A DNA stretch of 64,000 bases from Nitrososphaerota archaeon (GTDB taxonomy: Archaea; Thermoproteota; Nitrososphaeria; Nitrososphaerales; JACQRY01), in NCBI GenBank assembly GCA_016184315.1, contig JACPCU010000014.1:64724-128723 (forward strand). Reading direction: 5' to 3'. How positions within the stretch are numbered: position 1 is the first letter of the stretch; every line of letters begins with the position of its first letter. The translations under genes and the position numbers were made by a program. Shown one piece after another: positions 1 through 8,164 of this stretch. Below the pieces are notes generated by a model that had not been told where the DNA came from, did no database searches, and saw only the letters and a list, made by a program, of their open reading frames with translations.

Positions 1-2
1 GC

Positions 3-206
3 TTCAAGTTTCTCCCGGTTGACAGGGCAGTTGCATACAAAGGCGCCGAAATCAGAGCAGCCTGCGGACTCAAGCTCCCCGACGCTCTTATCGCCGCCAC
101 ATCCCTTCTAAACAACGCCCACAGCTTGGTCACCAGAGACAAGAAAATGTACGCCAAGGTAGAGGACCTGCGAACATCAACGCCCGAAGAACTAGGCTAT
201 CAGTAG
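3..206 (+). CDS. vapC: PIN-domain (VapC-like) toxin, C-terminal part; the 5' end lies outside the window
   Basis: Reading from base 3 to TAG at 204-206 gives ...LPDALIAATSLLNNAHSLVTRDKKMYAKV..., a typical PIN C-terminal block. Confidence 0.6.
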   Translation, partial: FKFLPVDRAVAYKGAEIRAACGLKLPDALIAATSLLNNAHSLVTRDKKMYAKVEDLRTSTPEELGYQ

Positions 207-374
207 AAACGAACATCCAACCGTCCAGACTTGTTAACACAAATCCGTCGTGCAACACCTAGAATAATCGATCAAGTCAACAGACCTGTCCACAACTGAC
301 ACAAAAGAATCTCCGAACAAACCGTATCAATAGGACAGCCTAAATAACAACTGGGTGGGACAAAAAGTGGGACC

Positions 375-617
375 ATGACACAAGAAGCAGTGATCGACAA
401 GAAAGGCAGAGTCGTCATCCCAAAACAGCTACGGGAGAAACTACGCCTACGTAACCAAACAAAAGTCAGACTCACCCTAGACGACGGAAAACTCATCATA
501 GCAAAAACAGTAACCCCCGAAGAATTCATCAACAAAATGGAAGGCTGCATCAAAGAAGACACACTCCTCCCCAAAACAAACCCCTTAGACCTCAAACGGA
601 TATGGGAACAAACATGA
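375..617 (+). CDS. vapB: AbrB/SpoVT-family antitoxin (VapB-like)
   Basis: 80 aa. The N-terminal IDKKGRVVIPKQLREKL is a swapped-hairpin motif. The stop overlaps the next ATG (ATGA). Confidence 0.8.
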   Translation: MTQEAVIDKKGRVVIPKQLREKLRLRNQTKVRLTLDDGKLIIAKTVTPEEFINKMEGCIKEDTLLPKTNPLDLKRIWEQT

Positions 618-733
618 TCTACGTAGACACCAACTACTGGATCTACTGGTTCGACAAACGCCTACCAGAACACAGAGACGTCCTGAAAACCATGAGAAAA
701 GCCACACGGGAAGGAATCATTCGGACGATCTGA
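614..733 (+). pseudogene. vapC: Truncated PIN (vapC) gene; only the first 39 codons remain
   Basis: MIYVDTNYWIYWFDKRLPEH... has the PIN N-terminal Asp motif and is translationally coupled to the antitoxin. It stops at TGA 731-733, far short of the ~130 aa of a PIN domain. The end coincides with a composition change and the start of the next TA cassette. Confidence 0.55.
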
Positions 734-763
734 TTTTATAGCAAAACGTTAAACAATTCCCGA

Positions 764-1075
764 TTGCACATACGTGAATCAATTGCCAGAAGAGTCAAGA
801 AATCCGTCAAGTTTACAGAGCATGCGAGACTGGCTATGCGCGACGACAATCTAACCACCCACAATGTCTTGGCAGCCGCCCAAAGTTTTCAAGTAGTAGA
901 AAAATATCTCGATGCCAAGCCCTTTCCAGCATGTCTGTTGCTATGTCGGCTGGACGATGGAAGTCCACTGCACGTGGTGTGTGCTCTGCCTGAAAGCGTA
1001 GATATGTTAATAATTGTGACCGTGTATAAACCTTCAGAATCCGAATGGTCGGATCAAGGAAGGAGAAGGAAATGA
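764..1075 (+). CDS. DUF4258-like putative toxin
   Basis: 103 aa. The pattern FTEHARLAMRDDNLT...PFPACLLL...GSPLHVVCA...IIVTVYKPSESEW resembles my recollection of DUF4258. It is coupled to the zinc-ribbon gene downstream. Confidence 0.55.
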   Translation: MHIRESIARRVKKSVKFTEHARLAMRDDNLTTHNVLAAAQSFQVVEKYLDAKPFPACLLLCRLDDGSPLHVVCALPESVDMLIIVTVYKPSESEWSDQGRRRK

Positions 1076-1320
1076 GAGCAGGAAAATGCCCAATCTGCGG
1101 AGGAAAGACTACTATGAAGCGAGTCGATGTGACTGAATCAGTTGGCAATAGGCTTGTAGTTGTAAAGAGCGTAGAGGCCGAGGTGTGTACTCAATGCGGA
1201 GAACGTCTGTATTCAGAAAGCACTATGCGCAAACTCGACTCACTAATGCAGAAAGTGAAGTCAGGATCAGCTAAGCCAGAGAGCAAAAGAGAACTCGAAG
1301 TATACGCATTGAGTCATTAG
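1072..1320 (+). CDS. YgiT/MqsA-type zinc-ribbon protein (putative antitoxin)
   Basis: The ATG at 1072 overlaps the upstream stop (ATGA). The motif CPICGG...VEAEVCTQCGERLY is a CxxC...CxxC ribbon. Confidence 0.6.
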   Translation: MRAGKCPICGGKTTMKRVDVTESVGNRLVVVKSVEAEVCTQCGERLYSESTMRKLDSLMQKVKSGSAKPESKRELEVYALSH

Positions 1321-1706
1321 AGAAGTGTCAGGCCCTTGCCTGTTTTTTCAGAATGTTGAAAAACGGTTGGCAGAAGCCAGCCGACTTACCTGCCTCTGGG
1401 GCAGCTGCACACAGGCGTCTCTCTATCGCAGCCTGCGCAATATCTTAATGCTCCCTTCAAATAGGCTCCTCTGCCGCAGCTACCGTACAGCAAACCTGCT
1501 TCAAACATCTCGGAGGACAGACTTATCAACTCCCAATAACTGCCAATACGATCATACAGATGTGCCCAGACGCCTAAAAACCCCGCGCGGGCATATCATA
1601 GAAGAATCCTATGGAGGCACCCTACGCCGCGTTGACGGGGGCTCTGTCCAACGTTTCTCCCAGCATCCCAGGAGAGCCAACACCGCCTAGACGCACATAA
1701 CTCTGT

Positions 1707-2102
1707 TCATCTTATTTCAGGCATCCTGCGGCCCCTCAGATTCATCTCCCTGTAGACCTCGGGAATAGCCCACGCAAACCCCACGTGCACACAGTCTCCC
1801 CTTTGATCAACGCTGCAGTAGAAGACGCCGTTCTTCATGGTAACCTCGACTATCCTGCCGGTCTTGTTGTCCTTGATGAAGATGGCTTCAGGGTTCTCAG
1901 TAGGAATATATTCGAGGTAGGGGCCTTTCCTCGACAGCTGTTCGTCGCTCTCAATGACCCGCCAGATCAGGGCTTGGACGAAGCCGTTGAAGGTGCGGAT
2001 ATTCCGGTCCAGCAACTCGTGCTTCCTACGCTCATAGATATCTCTGAGCCGCTGCTCGTATTCTTGTTTGACTTGAAGAGTCTTCCAGCCTTTCTCAGGC
2101 AT
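1707..2102 (-). CDS. Hypothetical protein, possibly RHH-like N-terminus plus a Cys/His C-terminal domain
   Basis: A 131-aa ORF divergent from the 2212-3587 operon. The C-terminus reads FYCSVDQRGDCVHVGF. No family was recognised with confidence. Confidence 0.45.
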   Translation of the reverse strand: MPEKGWKTLQVKQEYEQRLRDIYERRKHELLDRNIRTFNGFVQALIWRVIESDEQLSRKGPYLEYIPTENPEAIFIKDNKTGRIVEVTMKNGVFYCSVDQRGDCVHVGFAWAIPEVYREMNLRGRRMPEIR

Positions 2103-2211
2103 ATCTACCGTTGATATGGCGGTACTTGTGACAGAAAAGCTTTACGGTATCTACCATAACGGTTAAATAAGGTATTTACCCTAAATACTCTACCGAAAAC
2201 GGTGAAAAAAC

Positions 2212-2397
2212 ATGCCCAACGCCTTCAAATGCGCAGACTTCACAGGAAACCACTACCAAGCAGAATGCCCACCCACAGAAGAACTATGCGCATACAACCA
2301 TGAAGCCTTCAGCACCGACTACACCCTATGCGGAACCAGAAGCGAAACAATCAGCGGCGCAAACTACCGCCTACTACTCAAAGAGGCAGACTACTGA
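2212..2397 (+). CDS. Small Cys-containing protein (61 aa), function unknown
   Basis: Its stop (TGA 2395-2397) overlaps the ATG at 2397 of the next gene. It has four Cys and the same A/C-ending codon bias as the downstream gene. Confidence 0.4.
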   Translation: MPNAFKCADFTGNHYQAECPPTEELCAYNHEAFSTDYTLCGTRSETISGANYRLLLKEADY

Positions 2398-3587
2398 TGC
2401 CCGCCAGAAAATGGAGCGGCAGCGGAGACCAGATCACAGGAAACGACTGGAACACTATGGTCGACTGGCTGCAAAAGGAGACTGCTTCACATGACCATGA
2501 CGGAACAACGAATCACGGCGTCAAGATCAAGCCCGTCAACCTTTCTTCCTTACTGGCAGATGCAGCTAACTTCGACTGGACACTCAAAAAAGCCACGCCA
2601 GCGGTCAGACTCATAGGCACAGAAACATCGTGGAAAGACGTCAGGATCAGCGAGGACGCAGGGTTAATCAAATTCCAGCACAACACGGGAACCGAATCCG
2701 TCCCAGTCTGGACAAACAGGCTCACAGTAGATATGGCGGATGGGGCTCTCGTAGGCGTGAAACTCGGCGGACAGATGGACGCTAATAATCAAACAATCAC
2801 GAATTGCCTCCTCATCCAAGGGAGAAACGTCAATGGCCCAAGCCTCGCATTCCAAGGCAGACGCAACGTTGCCGTTGGAGTAGACACTTCGTTCGAAACA
2901 AGAAACGCCGCTGACAGTGCCTACGTCACAGCCCTAGAAATATACGGCCTGTATAATGCAGGGAAGGGAAAAATCGCCTGCTATCAACCCTTCTTGCTTA
3001 CCGGCGGCATCGACCCAGACAACACCGTGGTTTCAGGCTATCCCGGCATAATGACCGACGTGGGAAACAACCTTTTCCTTAAAGCCGGAACCGGCGGCGT
3101 CTTCAAACTCGCCAACATAACGTTCTCAGCAGTAATATTCGAAGTAGACAATTCAGGCATCATAAAGCCGTACAGCCACATAACCCCGAATGCAGACAAC
3201 ACAGTAACCGTAGGCGCGACCGATAAACGCCTAGCAGGAGTAAACATCGACACCGTCAACGGCATCCGCATCTGGAACAACCCCACTCCAACAGACACCT
3301 ACCCGCTCACAAAACTCACAGACAAACTGTGGTTCGGACCCGGAGGCACCGGCTCAGACATCGACACTAACCTCTACCGCGGCGCAGCCAACCTCTTGAA
3401 GACAGATGATGCTCTAAACATCCAGGGCAGACAGTATCTAGGCTCCCCGAACAGTGCTCCTACCGACAGTGATCTGTTCAACGGAAGCATAAGCCTCTAC
3501 CTGGACGAAGCGGGAAACAACCTCAAAGTGAGAGTCAAGTACTCCGACGGAACGACTCTGAAGACGGGGAGCATCGCCTTGACGTAG
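2397..3587 (+). CDS. Virus tail-fibre-like / receptor-binding-like protein
   Basis: The internal start MPARKWSGSGDQITGNDWN... is preferred over the ORF-track start at 2328. The motifs SHDHDGTTNHGVKI and QMDANNQTITN and a Gly/Asn/Thr-rich beta-type sequence resemble fibre proteins of tailed viruses. This was judged by eye only. Confidence 0.45.
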   Translation: MPARKWSGSGDQITGNDWNTMVDWLQKETASHDHDGTTNHGVKIKPVNLSSLLADAANFDWTLKKATPAVRLIGTETSWKDVRISEDAGLIKFQHNTGTESVPVWTNRLTVDMADGALVGVKLGGQMDANNQTITNCLLIQGRNVNGPSLAFQGRRNVAVGVDTSFETRNAADSAYVTALEIYGLYNAGKGKIACYQPFLLTGGIDPDNTVVSGYPGIMTDVGNNLFLKAGTGGVFKLANITFSAVIFEVDNSGIIKPYSHITPNADNTVTVGATDKRLAGVNIDTVNGIRIWNNPTPTDTYPLTKLTDKLWFGPGGTGSDIDTNLYRGAANLLKTDDALNIQGRQYLGSPNSAPTDSDLFNGSISLYLDEAGNNLKVRVKYSDGTTLKTGSIALT

Positions 3588-3611
3588 CCTCCATGCAGGT
3601 GAGTTTGAGAA

Positions 3612-3791
3612 ATGGTTCTCTCTGAAAAGGAGAAACAGATCGTTCTCCACCTCAACCGTGTCAGAGCCATGCAGCAGCTGGCTCTTAACGCTCTTTTTGA
3701 AGCAGAAGTCTTGTTCAACGAGGTTGCCGGCTTCCTCGCCAAGGAAAACTCCGCTGAGCCCGAAAACAAAGATGAGAAGATGGGGGCGTGA
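3612..3791 (+). CDS. Small helical protein (59 aa), unknown function
   Basis: ATG 3612 to TGA 3789-3791 gives MVLSEKEKQIVLHLNRVRAMQQLALNALFEAEVLFNEV.... It is just under the track cutoff. It looks more protein-like than the 123-aa antisense ORF at 3438..3809. Confidence 0.35.
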   Translation: MVLSEKEKQIVLHLNRVRAMQQLALNALFEAEVLFNEVAGFLAKENSAEPENKDEKMGA

Positions 3792-3999
3792 AGAGAAGTT
3801 TTGGGTCACTGCTGTAACGGACTGTGCAGCGGGCTATCACCCTTCGGCGGCAGGAGGATTGTCCCGTATTACTGTTCGACTTGTGAAGTGGGCGTGAAGG
3901 AAAATGAAGTCAAGTGGAGTAGCGATGGGCGCCGCGTGCATGTTTGCTGCGGGAATTTTCTCAGGCTGCGGCCTTGCGTTAAGCATAGGGGGATCAGCC

Positions 4000-4188
4000 A
4001 TGGCTAACGTCCGCAGCAGGGTGCTGAGAGAGAAGAATGTGTCTCTTCACCCAGAGATACACAGGAAGCTTAAGCTTCTAGCTCTTCAGGGAGACTCAGA
4101 GATAAAGGCTGTAGTGGACGTCATGCTCAGATTCGTCTTGGAGTCTGATGATCGAGTAAACGAGTGCGTACGAAGACTATCCCCGTAG
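4000..4188 (+). CDS. Ribbon-helix-helix (CopG-like) protein
   Basis: From the internal ATG at 4000: MANVRSRVLREKNVSLHPEIHRKLKLLALQG.... This is an RHH beta-strand plus two helices. The longer form from 3904 cannot be excluded. Confidence 0.5.
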   Translation: MANVRSRVLREKNVSLHPEIHRKLKLLALQGDSEIKAVVDVMLRFVLESDDRVNECVRRLSP

Positions 4189-4228
4189 TTCATTACATTG
4201 TCACTGTAAGTATTGCGTGCTCATGTCT

Positions 4229-4271
4229 GTATTACTAAGAAAATTTAAGTAATACGCTACTGAATAGCGTA
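4229..4271. promoter_or_regulatory. Two overlapping palindromes upstream of the vapBC operon (candidate operator)
   Basis: GTATTACT (4229-4236) pairs with AGTAATAC (4248-4255). TACGCTA (4253-4259) pairs with TAGCGTA (4265-4271). The second pair ends 11 nt before the antitoxin start at 4282. Confidence 0.4.
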
Positions 4272-4281
4272 ATGAATAACA

Positions 4282-4509
4282 TTGTCAACAGTGACACAGA
4301 AGTATCAGGCAACAATACCAAAAGAAGTCAGAAAAAAACTCGGCATCAAACCTAGAGACAAAATCGTATTCTTCGAAGAATCACCCGGGAAATTCACAGT
4401 AATGAAAGAAGAAGATTTCGTCAGGCAGATAGCGGAGATTTGCCAAGACATAGACAAGACTGTAGAGGAAAGCAAGAAAGGGTTCAGCAGAGGCATAAAG
4501 AAGCAATAG
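4282..4509 (+). CDS. vapB: AbrB/SpoVT-family antitoxin
   Basis: 75 aa. The N-terminus reads QKYQATIPKEVRKKLGIKPRDKIVF. A PIN gene lies 16 nt downstream. Confidence 0.8.
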   Translation: MSTVTQKYQATIPKEVRKKLGIKPRDKIVFFEESPGKFTVMKEEDFVRQIAEICQDIDKTVEESKKGFSRGIKKQ

Positions 4510-4525
4510 AGAGGTCAGTCAAAAG

Positions 4526-4924
4526 TTGAAAGTGCTACTTGACACTAACACCCTATCGGATCTTGAGTTCCTAAACTGGTTAAGGACCGCCGAACAAACG
4601 GAGAAACATATGTCAACAATCACCCTCATGGAATTCGCGTATCACCTGATAAAGAAAGGCAAAGGGGTAGGAACACTGAAAGCCTTCAAACAGCTTTACT
4701 CGATTTCCGCCTCCCCATACAGCGAAGAGGCAGCTGTAATCGCGGCACAGAATGCTGCAGGCAGATGGGACTTCAAGGAAAACGCTAGGGATTATTCAAT
4801 AGGCGCCACAGCTATGTCTCTAGACGCGATCTTGATCACCAAGAATCTGAGAGACTTCGGATGGATGCCGAAAGGAAAGGTTATGGATCCTAGGAAGTTT
4901 AGCGAAAACTACAAACCGAAATAA
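4526..4924 (+). CDS. vapC: PIN-domain toxin VapC
   Basis: 132 aa with N-terminal MKVLLDTNTL and C-terminal AILITKNLRDF. Confidence 0.8.
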   Translation: MKVLLDTNTLSDLEFLNWLRTAEQTEKHMSTITLMEFAYHLIKKGKGVGTLKAFKQLYSISASPYSEEAAVIAAQNAAGRWDFKENARDYSIGATAMSLDAILITKNLRDFGWMPKGKVMDPRKFSENYKPK

Positions 4925-5035
4925 GAGCCACCACTTCGGGGAAAACTAGTCAGGAATCATTAGTTATCCAGCATCAACACGACAAAACAAGTGAGAAGAT
5001 TAATATGTGCATATACATATGTAGAAAGAGGTCTG

Positions 5036-5260
5036 ATGTCTAGAACGATAGCGATATCAGACGAAGCCTACAAGTTGCTCAAGAGGTCGAAGCTTCCGGG
5101 TGAAAGCTTCTCGTCGGTCATAACGCGTAGCTTGCGAAAGGGAAAGCTTTCAGAGATAGTTGGTAGTGGCACCATAAGCAGGGCTGATTGGGAAGATGCG
5201 ATGGAGAGCCTCTTGACGGCTGAGGCCATAAGTTCAAAGAAGCTGAGAGGGGTCTCTTGA
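5036..5260 (+). CDS. vapB: VapB-type antitoxin (archaeal 'putative antitoxin' family, PF02697-like)
   Basis: From ATG 5036: MSRTIAISDEAYKLLKRSKLPGESFSSVITRSL. This is the typical signature of that family. A PIN start lies 1 nt after the stop. Confidence 0.65.
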   Translation: MSRTIAISDEAYKLLKRSKLPGESFSSVITRSLRKGKLSEIVGSGTISRADWEDAMESLLTAEAISSKKLRGVS

Positions 5261-5261
5261 G

Positions 5262-5468
5262 TTGTATCTGTTTGACACAACTTTCGTCGTGGATCTGGTG
5301 AATTCTGATTCTGGTGCAGTTGAATTCGCGAAGAGAGTAGACTGGGACGTCTCTCTGGTTGCCATATCGGCGATTTCGGTTCACGAGTACATGTTTGGAG
5401 TCTACTATAGATATGGCAAAGATGGAGATGATCTATTTCCCTCTGAGAGCGCCGTATTGCGTGGGTAA
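5262..5468 (+). pseudogene. vapC: PIN (vapC) N-terminal half only
   Basis: MYLFDTTFVVDLVNSDSGAVEF...ISAISVHEY stops after 68 aa. The missing C-terminal half is replaced by the 3' end of a convergent PIN gene, with overlap at 5433-5468. Confidence 0.55.
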
Positions 5469-5855
5469 GACTACTCTTATTGAGTTGACGCGTTTGAATT
5501 GTCGGTCATTGGTAATAAAAGAGTCCGCTCGCTCGATCAACGATGTCGCAACATGGATGGCGTCATAGCCGCCAATTCTGTACTTCCCCACTATTTCGTC
5601 AGCAAGCATTAGGACGTCTGAATTCGCATCTACGAATTTGATGGGAAGAGAGTAGATCAATTCAAGAGCTATCTTTGATTTGGAAGGTTCGATACTCGCG
5701 ACCACGCTCATAATTTCGATAGGCACAAGAGTCGAGACGACGGCCTGTAGTTTTCCTGTTTCCACATCGTCAATTATGTGCTTACTTTGCCTGCCAGATT
5801 GGGGATGAGCAAAGACTGAGTAGATGAAAATGTTAGTGTCAATGTAGGCTTTCAG
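5433..5855 (-). CDS. vapC: PIN-domain toxin VapC
   Basis: The reading frame is open to 5858. Upstream of the track's Met it reads (L)KAYIDTNIFIYSVFAHPQ..., which includes the essential N-terminal Asp. The C-terminus reads GGYDAIHVATSLIERADSFITNDRQF. No ATG/GTG/TTG precedes the Asp motif, so the only candidate start is CTG at 5855-5853. Confidence 0.7.
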   Translation of the reverse strand: MKAYIDTNIFIYSVFAHPQSGRQSKHIIDDVETGKLQAVVSTLVPIEIMSVVASIEPSKSKIALELIYSLPIKFVDANSDVLMLADEIVGKYRIGGYDAIHVATSLIERADSFITNDRQFKRVNSIRVVLPTQYGALRGK

Positions 5856-6099
5856 CTCTCATCTTCTCCGCCCTTTTCTTTCTGACTCTACGGACTTCTT
5901 TTACTGCGTCTCTGGATGAAGGGACAAGCCCGAAGAGCTTCTCAGAAGGGTTTATGATCTTCTTGGGAGGTTCAACAACGATCATTCCAGCGTCATATCT
6001 CCATGTGAGCGTATCCCCAACCGATATGCCTGTGGTTTCTCTTATCTTCCTTGGGACAACTGTTTGCCACTTCTTCATCACTTTGCTCTTGGCCCTCAT
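5839..6099 (-). CDS. vapB: AbrB/SpoVT-family antitoxin
   Basis: 86 aa with WQTVVPRKIRETTGISVGDTL. It overlaps the PIN gene downstream. Confidence 0.8.
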   Translation of the reverse strand: MRAKSKVMKKWQTVVPRKIRETTGISVGDTLTWRYDAGMIVVEPPKKIINPSEKLFGLVPSSRDAVKEVRRVRKKRAEKMRAESLH

Positions 6100-6380
6100 G
6101 TTGCCTTACGTAAGGTGTAAGGCGAAATAAGTATTTTGCTATACGCTGTTTGATTCTGTGAATTTGCCCTTTCTTCGAGACTTAGCTGGCTAGATCATCC
6201 TCACGTTTAAGATCGGGACATGTTCGCTTCACCCGTTTTATATACCCCCCCTAAACCCGCCCTACGCCGGTGCGCCGAACCCAAGCAAGCCCCCGACAAC
6301 TGAACAGAACCAAAGTCTCGGAGCTGCCATTCGGAGAAAGTTTCATACCCAAGTACGCAAGACACGCCCTTTGACCGGAT

Positions 6381-6878
6381 TTGAGCGAGCCGACATCGCT
6401 GGCAGTGTACATGTTCTACGCAGTTATGTTTGCCTTTGCGTCGCTGTGGAGCTTCAGGACAATAAGACTGCTCGGAACCGCGAAGATTAGGATAAGCCGT
6501 AACTGGTGGTACGTATCAACCGCTGTCCTACTCCTATTCCTAGGCTCTGTCTGGCAGCTGTACCTCGACCTCGCTCAGCTGACTGACTCTGTGGTGACGG
6601 TGGTGTTTGTGGCGCCGGCCTCGGTTCTTCTAACCGTGGGGTTGTACTCTGAGTACCGCTATTGGAGTCAGCATGCCGTTAAGCTCAACGATTACAGGGA
6701 ACAGATGGACGAAGTGTTTGAAACGATCATAAGGCTCAGGAGACCGGATCTCCTGTCAGATGAACGAGTCAAGGATGGATTGAAGAAGCTGATGCTTTGG
6801 CAAGGCGGGGGCCTCTCTCTTGCGGTCTTGCTCGCTGCAGTTGATGAATATGAGGTTGAGTCAGAGAGCCCGTCATGA
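6381..6878 (+). CDS. Membrane protein (about 3 TM) with a soluble C-terminal tail; paralog of 38022..38312
   Basis: It has hydrophobic helices. By eye it aligns with the 96-aa protein at 38022: ...ISxxWW...GSxxQLYxD...FxAPxS...GxYxExRxW. Confidence 0.55.
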   Translation: MSEPTSLAVYMFYAVMFAFASLWSFRTIRLLGTAKIRISRNWWYVSTAVLLLFLGSVWQLYLDLAQLTDSVVTVVFVAPASVLLTVGLYSEYRYWSQHAVKLNDYREQMDEVFETIIRLRRPDLLSDERVKDGLKKLMLWQGGGLSLAVLLAAVDEYEVESESPS

Positions 6879-6993
6879 AATGCGGTTCAGAAACCTCTCT
6901 CCTGCACTAATAAGCGGATGTCTGTAGTAGAGACCACACACAACTGATTTATAGTGTCCGCAGCATGGATACGGATCACCACGGGGAGATTCC

Positions 6994-7524
6994 GTGTCAG
7001 ACAAGCATAGGGAAAACGGGAAGGTGAAGGCCACGCTCATTCTTGACAAGGATGCCAGAGCGTATATCCAGTCTACAGGCAGCTCCCTGCAGAACTTCTT
7101 CACGGAGCTGTTGGAGGCGCACAGACACTTCGACATGCAGAGATGGCAGCAAGGCTTAATGTTCCACCATGGCCACCGAGTCCTTGTATTCTACACAGAT
7201 GCATTGAACCAGCTTATCAGCCAGTCAAGAGATCCGTATGAGACGGGGAAGGCACTAGGTTCACAGTTGAGAGAAACGATACAGGCCATCGATCCAAAAA
7301 TGTTCCAACAGGAGTTCATCATCAATAACCTTGGGCTCTTCGGCGTCCTCTTCGGATGGGGGACAGTCAAATACTCCGCCGAGAAATTGATCATCGAGCA
7401 TCCAGCCATCACCAACACCGAGTTCACAAGAGGATACTTTGAGGCACTGCTCTCGACCAGCCTTGTCCCCAAGGTGGCCGGCAACCATATTCAAGTCTTC
7501 TTGACAGAAAATGCGGGAAACTGA
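6994..7524 (+). CDS. RHH-like N-terminus fused to a degenerate (Cys-less) V4R-like domain
   Basis: The N-terminus reads KVKATLILDKDARAYIQSTGSSLQNFFTELL. The C-terminal region (...GVLFGWGTVKY...FTRGYFEALL) is colinear with the V4R protein at 38379 but lacks its Cys residues. The call is tentative. Confidence 0.4.
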   Translation: MSDKHRENGKVKATLILDKDARAYIQSTGSSLQNFFTELLEAHRHFDMQRWQQGLMFHHGHRVLVFYTDALNQLISQSRDPYETGKALGSQLRETIQAIDPKMFQQEFIINNLGLFGVLFGWGTVKYSAEKLIIEHPAITNTEFTRGYFEALLSTSLVPKVAGNHIQVFLTENAGN

Positions 7525-7542
7525 AGTAGGGGCTAATTAGAA

Positions 7543-7863
7543 TTGGAAGCAAGCTCGACTCCAAACAAAGCCTATGAAGAATCAATCCTCGAAGGCATGA
7601 ATAACACTTTAGGCAAGGGAGGCACACAGGCGCTCCTCTTCCACTTACAACTCATACAGTACGCAAATAATCCCAGACAATTCCACAACAACCTCTACTC
7701 CATACTCGGCCCAGGCGCCATCACGCTTGAGAAGGTGATAGTAAAGGAGCTGTTCAACAGGCTCAACATGAGGTACGACGATCGAAACGACTTCGATTTC
7801 GAGAAGCACATGGATCTTGCAAGACACATCATCGCAACTAGGTTACAGGAAGCCGAACAATGA
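7543..7863 (+). CDS. Hypothetical protein; paralog of 17444..17848
   Basis: 106 aa. The shared pattern is I(L/N)EG...LG...(L/V)LFH...FH..L..I.G.G...LE..I...LF..L. It is the first gene of a tightly packed four-gene run. Confidence 0.5.
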   Translation: MEASSTPNKAYEESILEGMNNTLGKGGTQALLFHLQLIQYANNPRQFHNNLYSILGPGAITLEKVIVKELFNRLNMRYDDRNDFDFEKHMDLARHIIATRLQEAEQ

Positions 7864-8162
7864 TGGCTAACACAACGGAATTACTGAACAAGATGCTATC
7901 CTCAGAGGTCAAGGGAGACCTCCTAGTGCTGTTCCGGAAGAACCCGGGGATCATCGACACCATGGAGGGAGTTGCAAGGAGAATAGGAAGGCGACCTCAG
8001 TCGGTAGAGACCGATGTGAGGGATTTGGTGAACATAGGTATGATCAAAACTAAGAAGATCGGGACTATGGAGGTCTTTTCACTCGACTACGCGAAGGACA
8101 TGGAGATTCAGAAGGCTGTCGAGGAACATTTCAAGAGCCTGAAGCCTCCAGGAGGTCACTGA
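7860..8162 (+). CDS. Winged-helix DNA-binding protein
   Basis: 100 aa with GVARRIGRRPQSVETDVRDLVNIGMIKTKKIG. There is an ATGA overlap with the upstream gene. A KaiC-like gene lies 2 nt downstream. Confidence 0.55.
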   Translation: MMANTTELLNKMLSSEVKGDLLVLFRKNPGIIDTMEGVARRIGRRPQSVETDVRDLVNIGMIKTKKIGTMEVFSLDYAKDMEIQKAVEEHFKSLKPPGGH

Positions 8163-8164
8163 TC

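Noticed and set aside
1325-1690. 121-aa plus-strand ORF, and the question of whether 1321-1700 hides a gene.
   Set aside because: The product looks non-protein-like. The minus strand gives only short open segments (for example GGVGSPGMLGETLDRAPVNAA*, ASGHICMIVLAVIGS*) in shifting frames. This is possibly a decayed gene, but I cannot support any call.
3438-3809. 123-aa minus-strand ORF downstream of the fibre-like gene.
   Set aside because: It overlaps the fibre-like gene by 150 nt and looks less protein-like than the 59-aa plus-strand ORF (3612..3791) in the same space.
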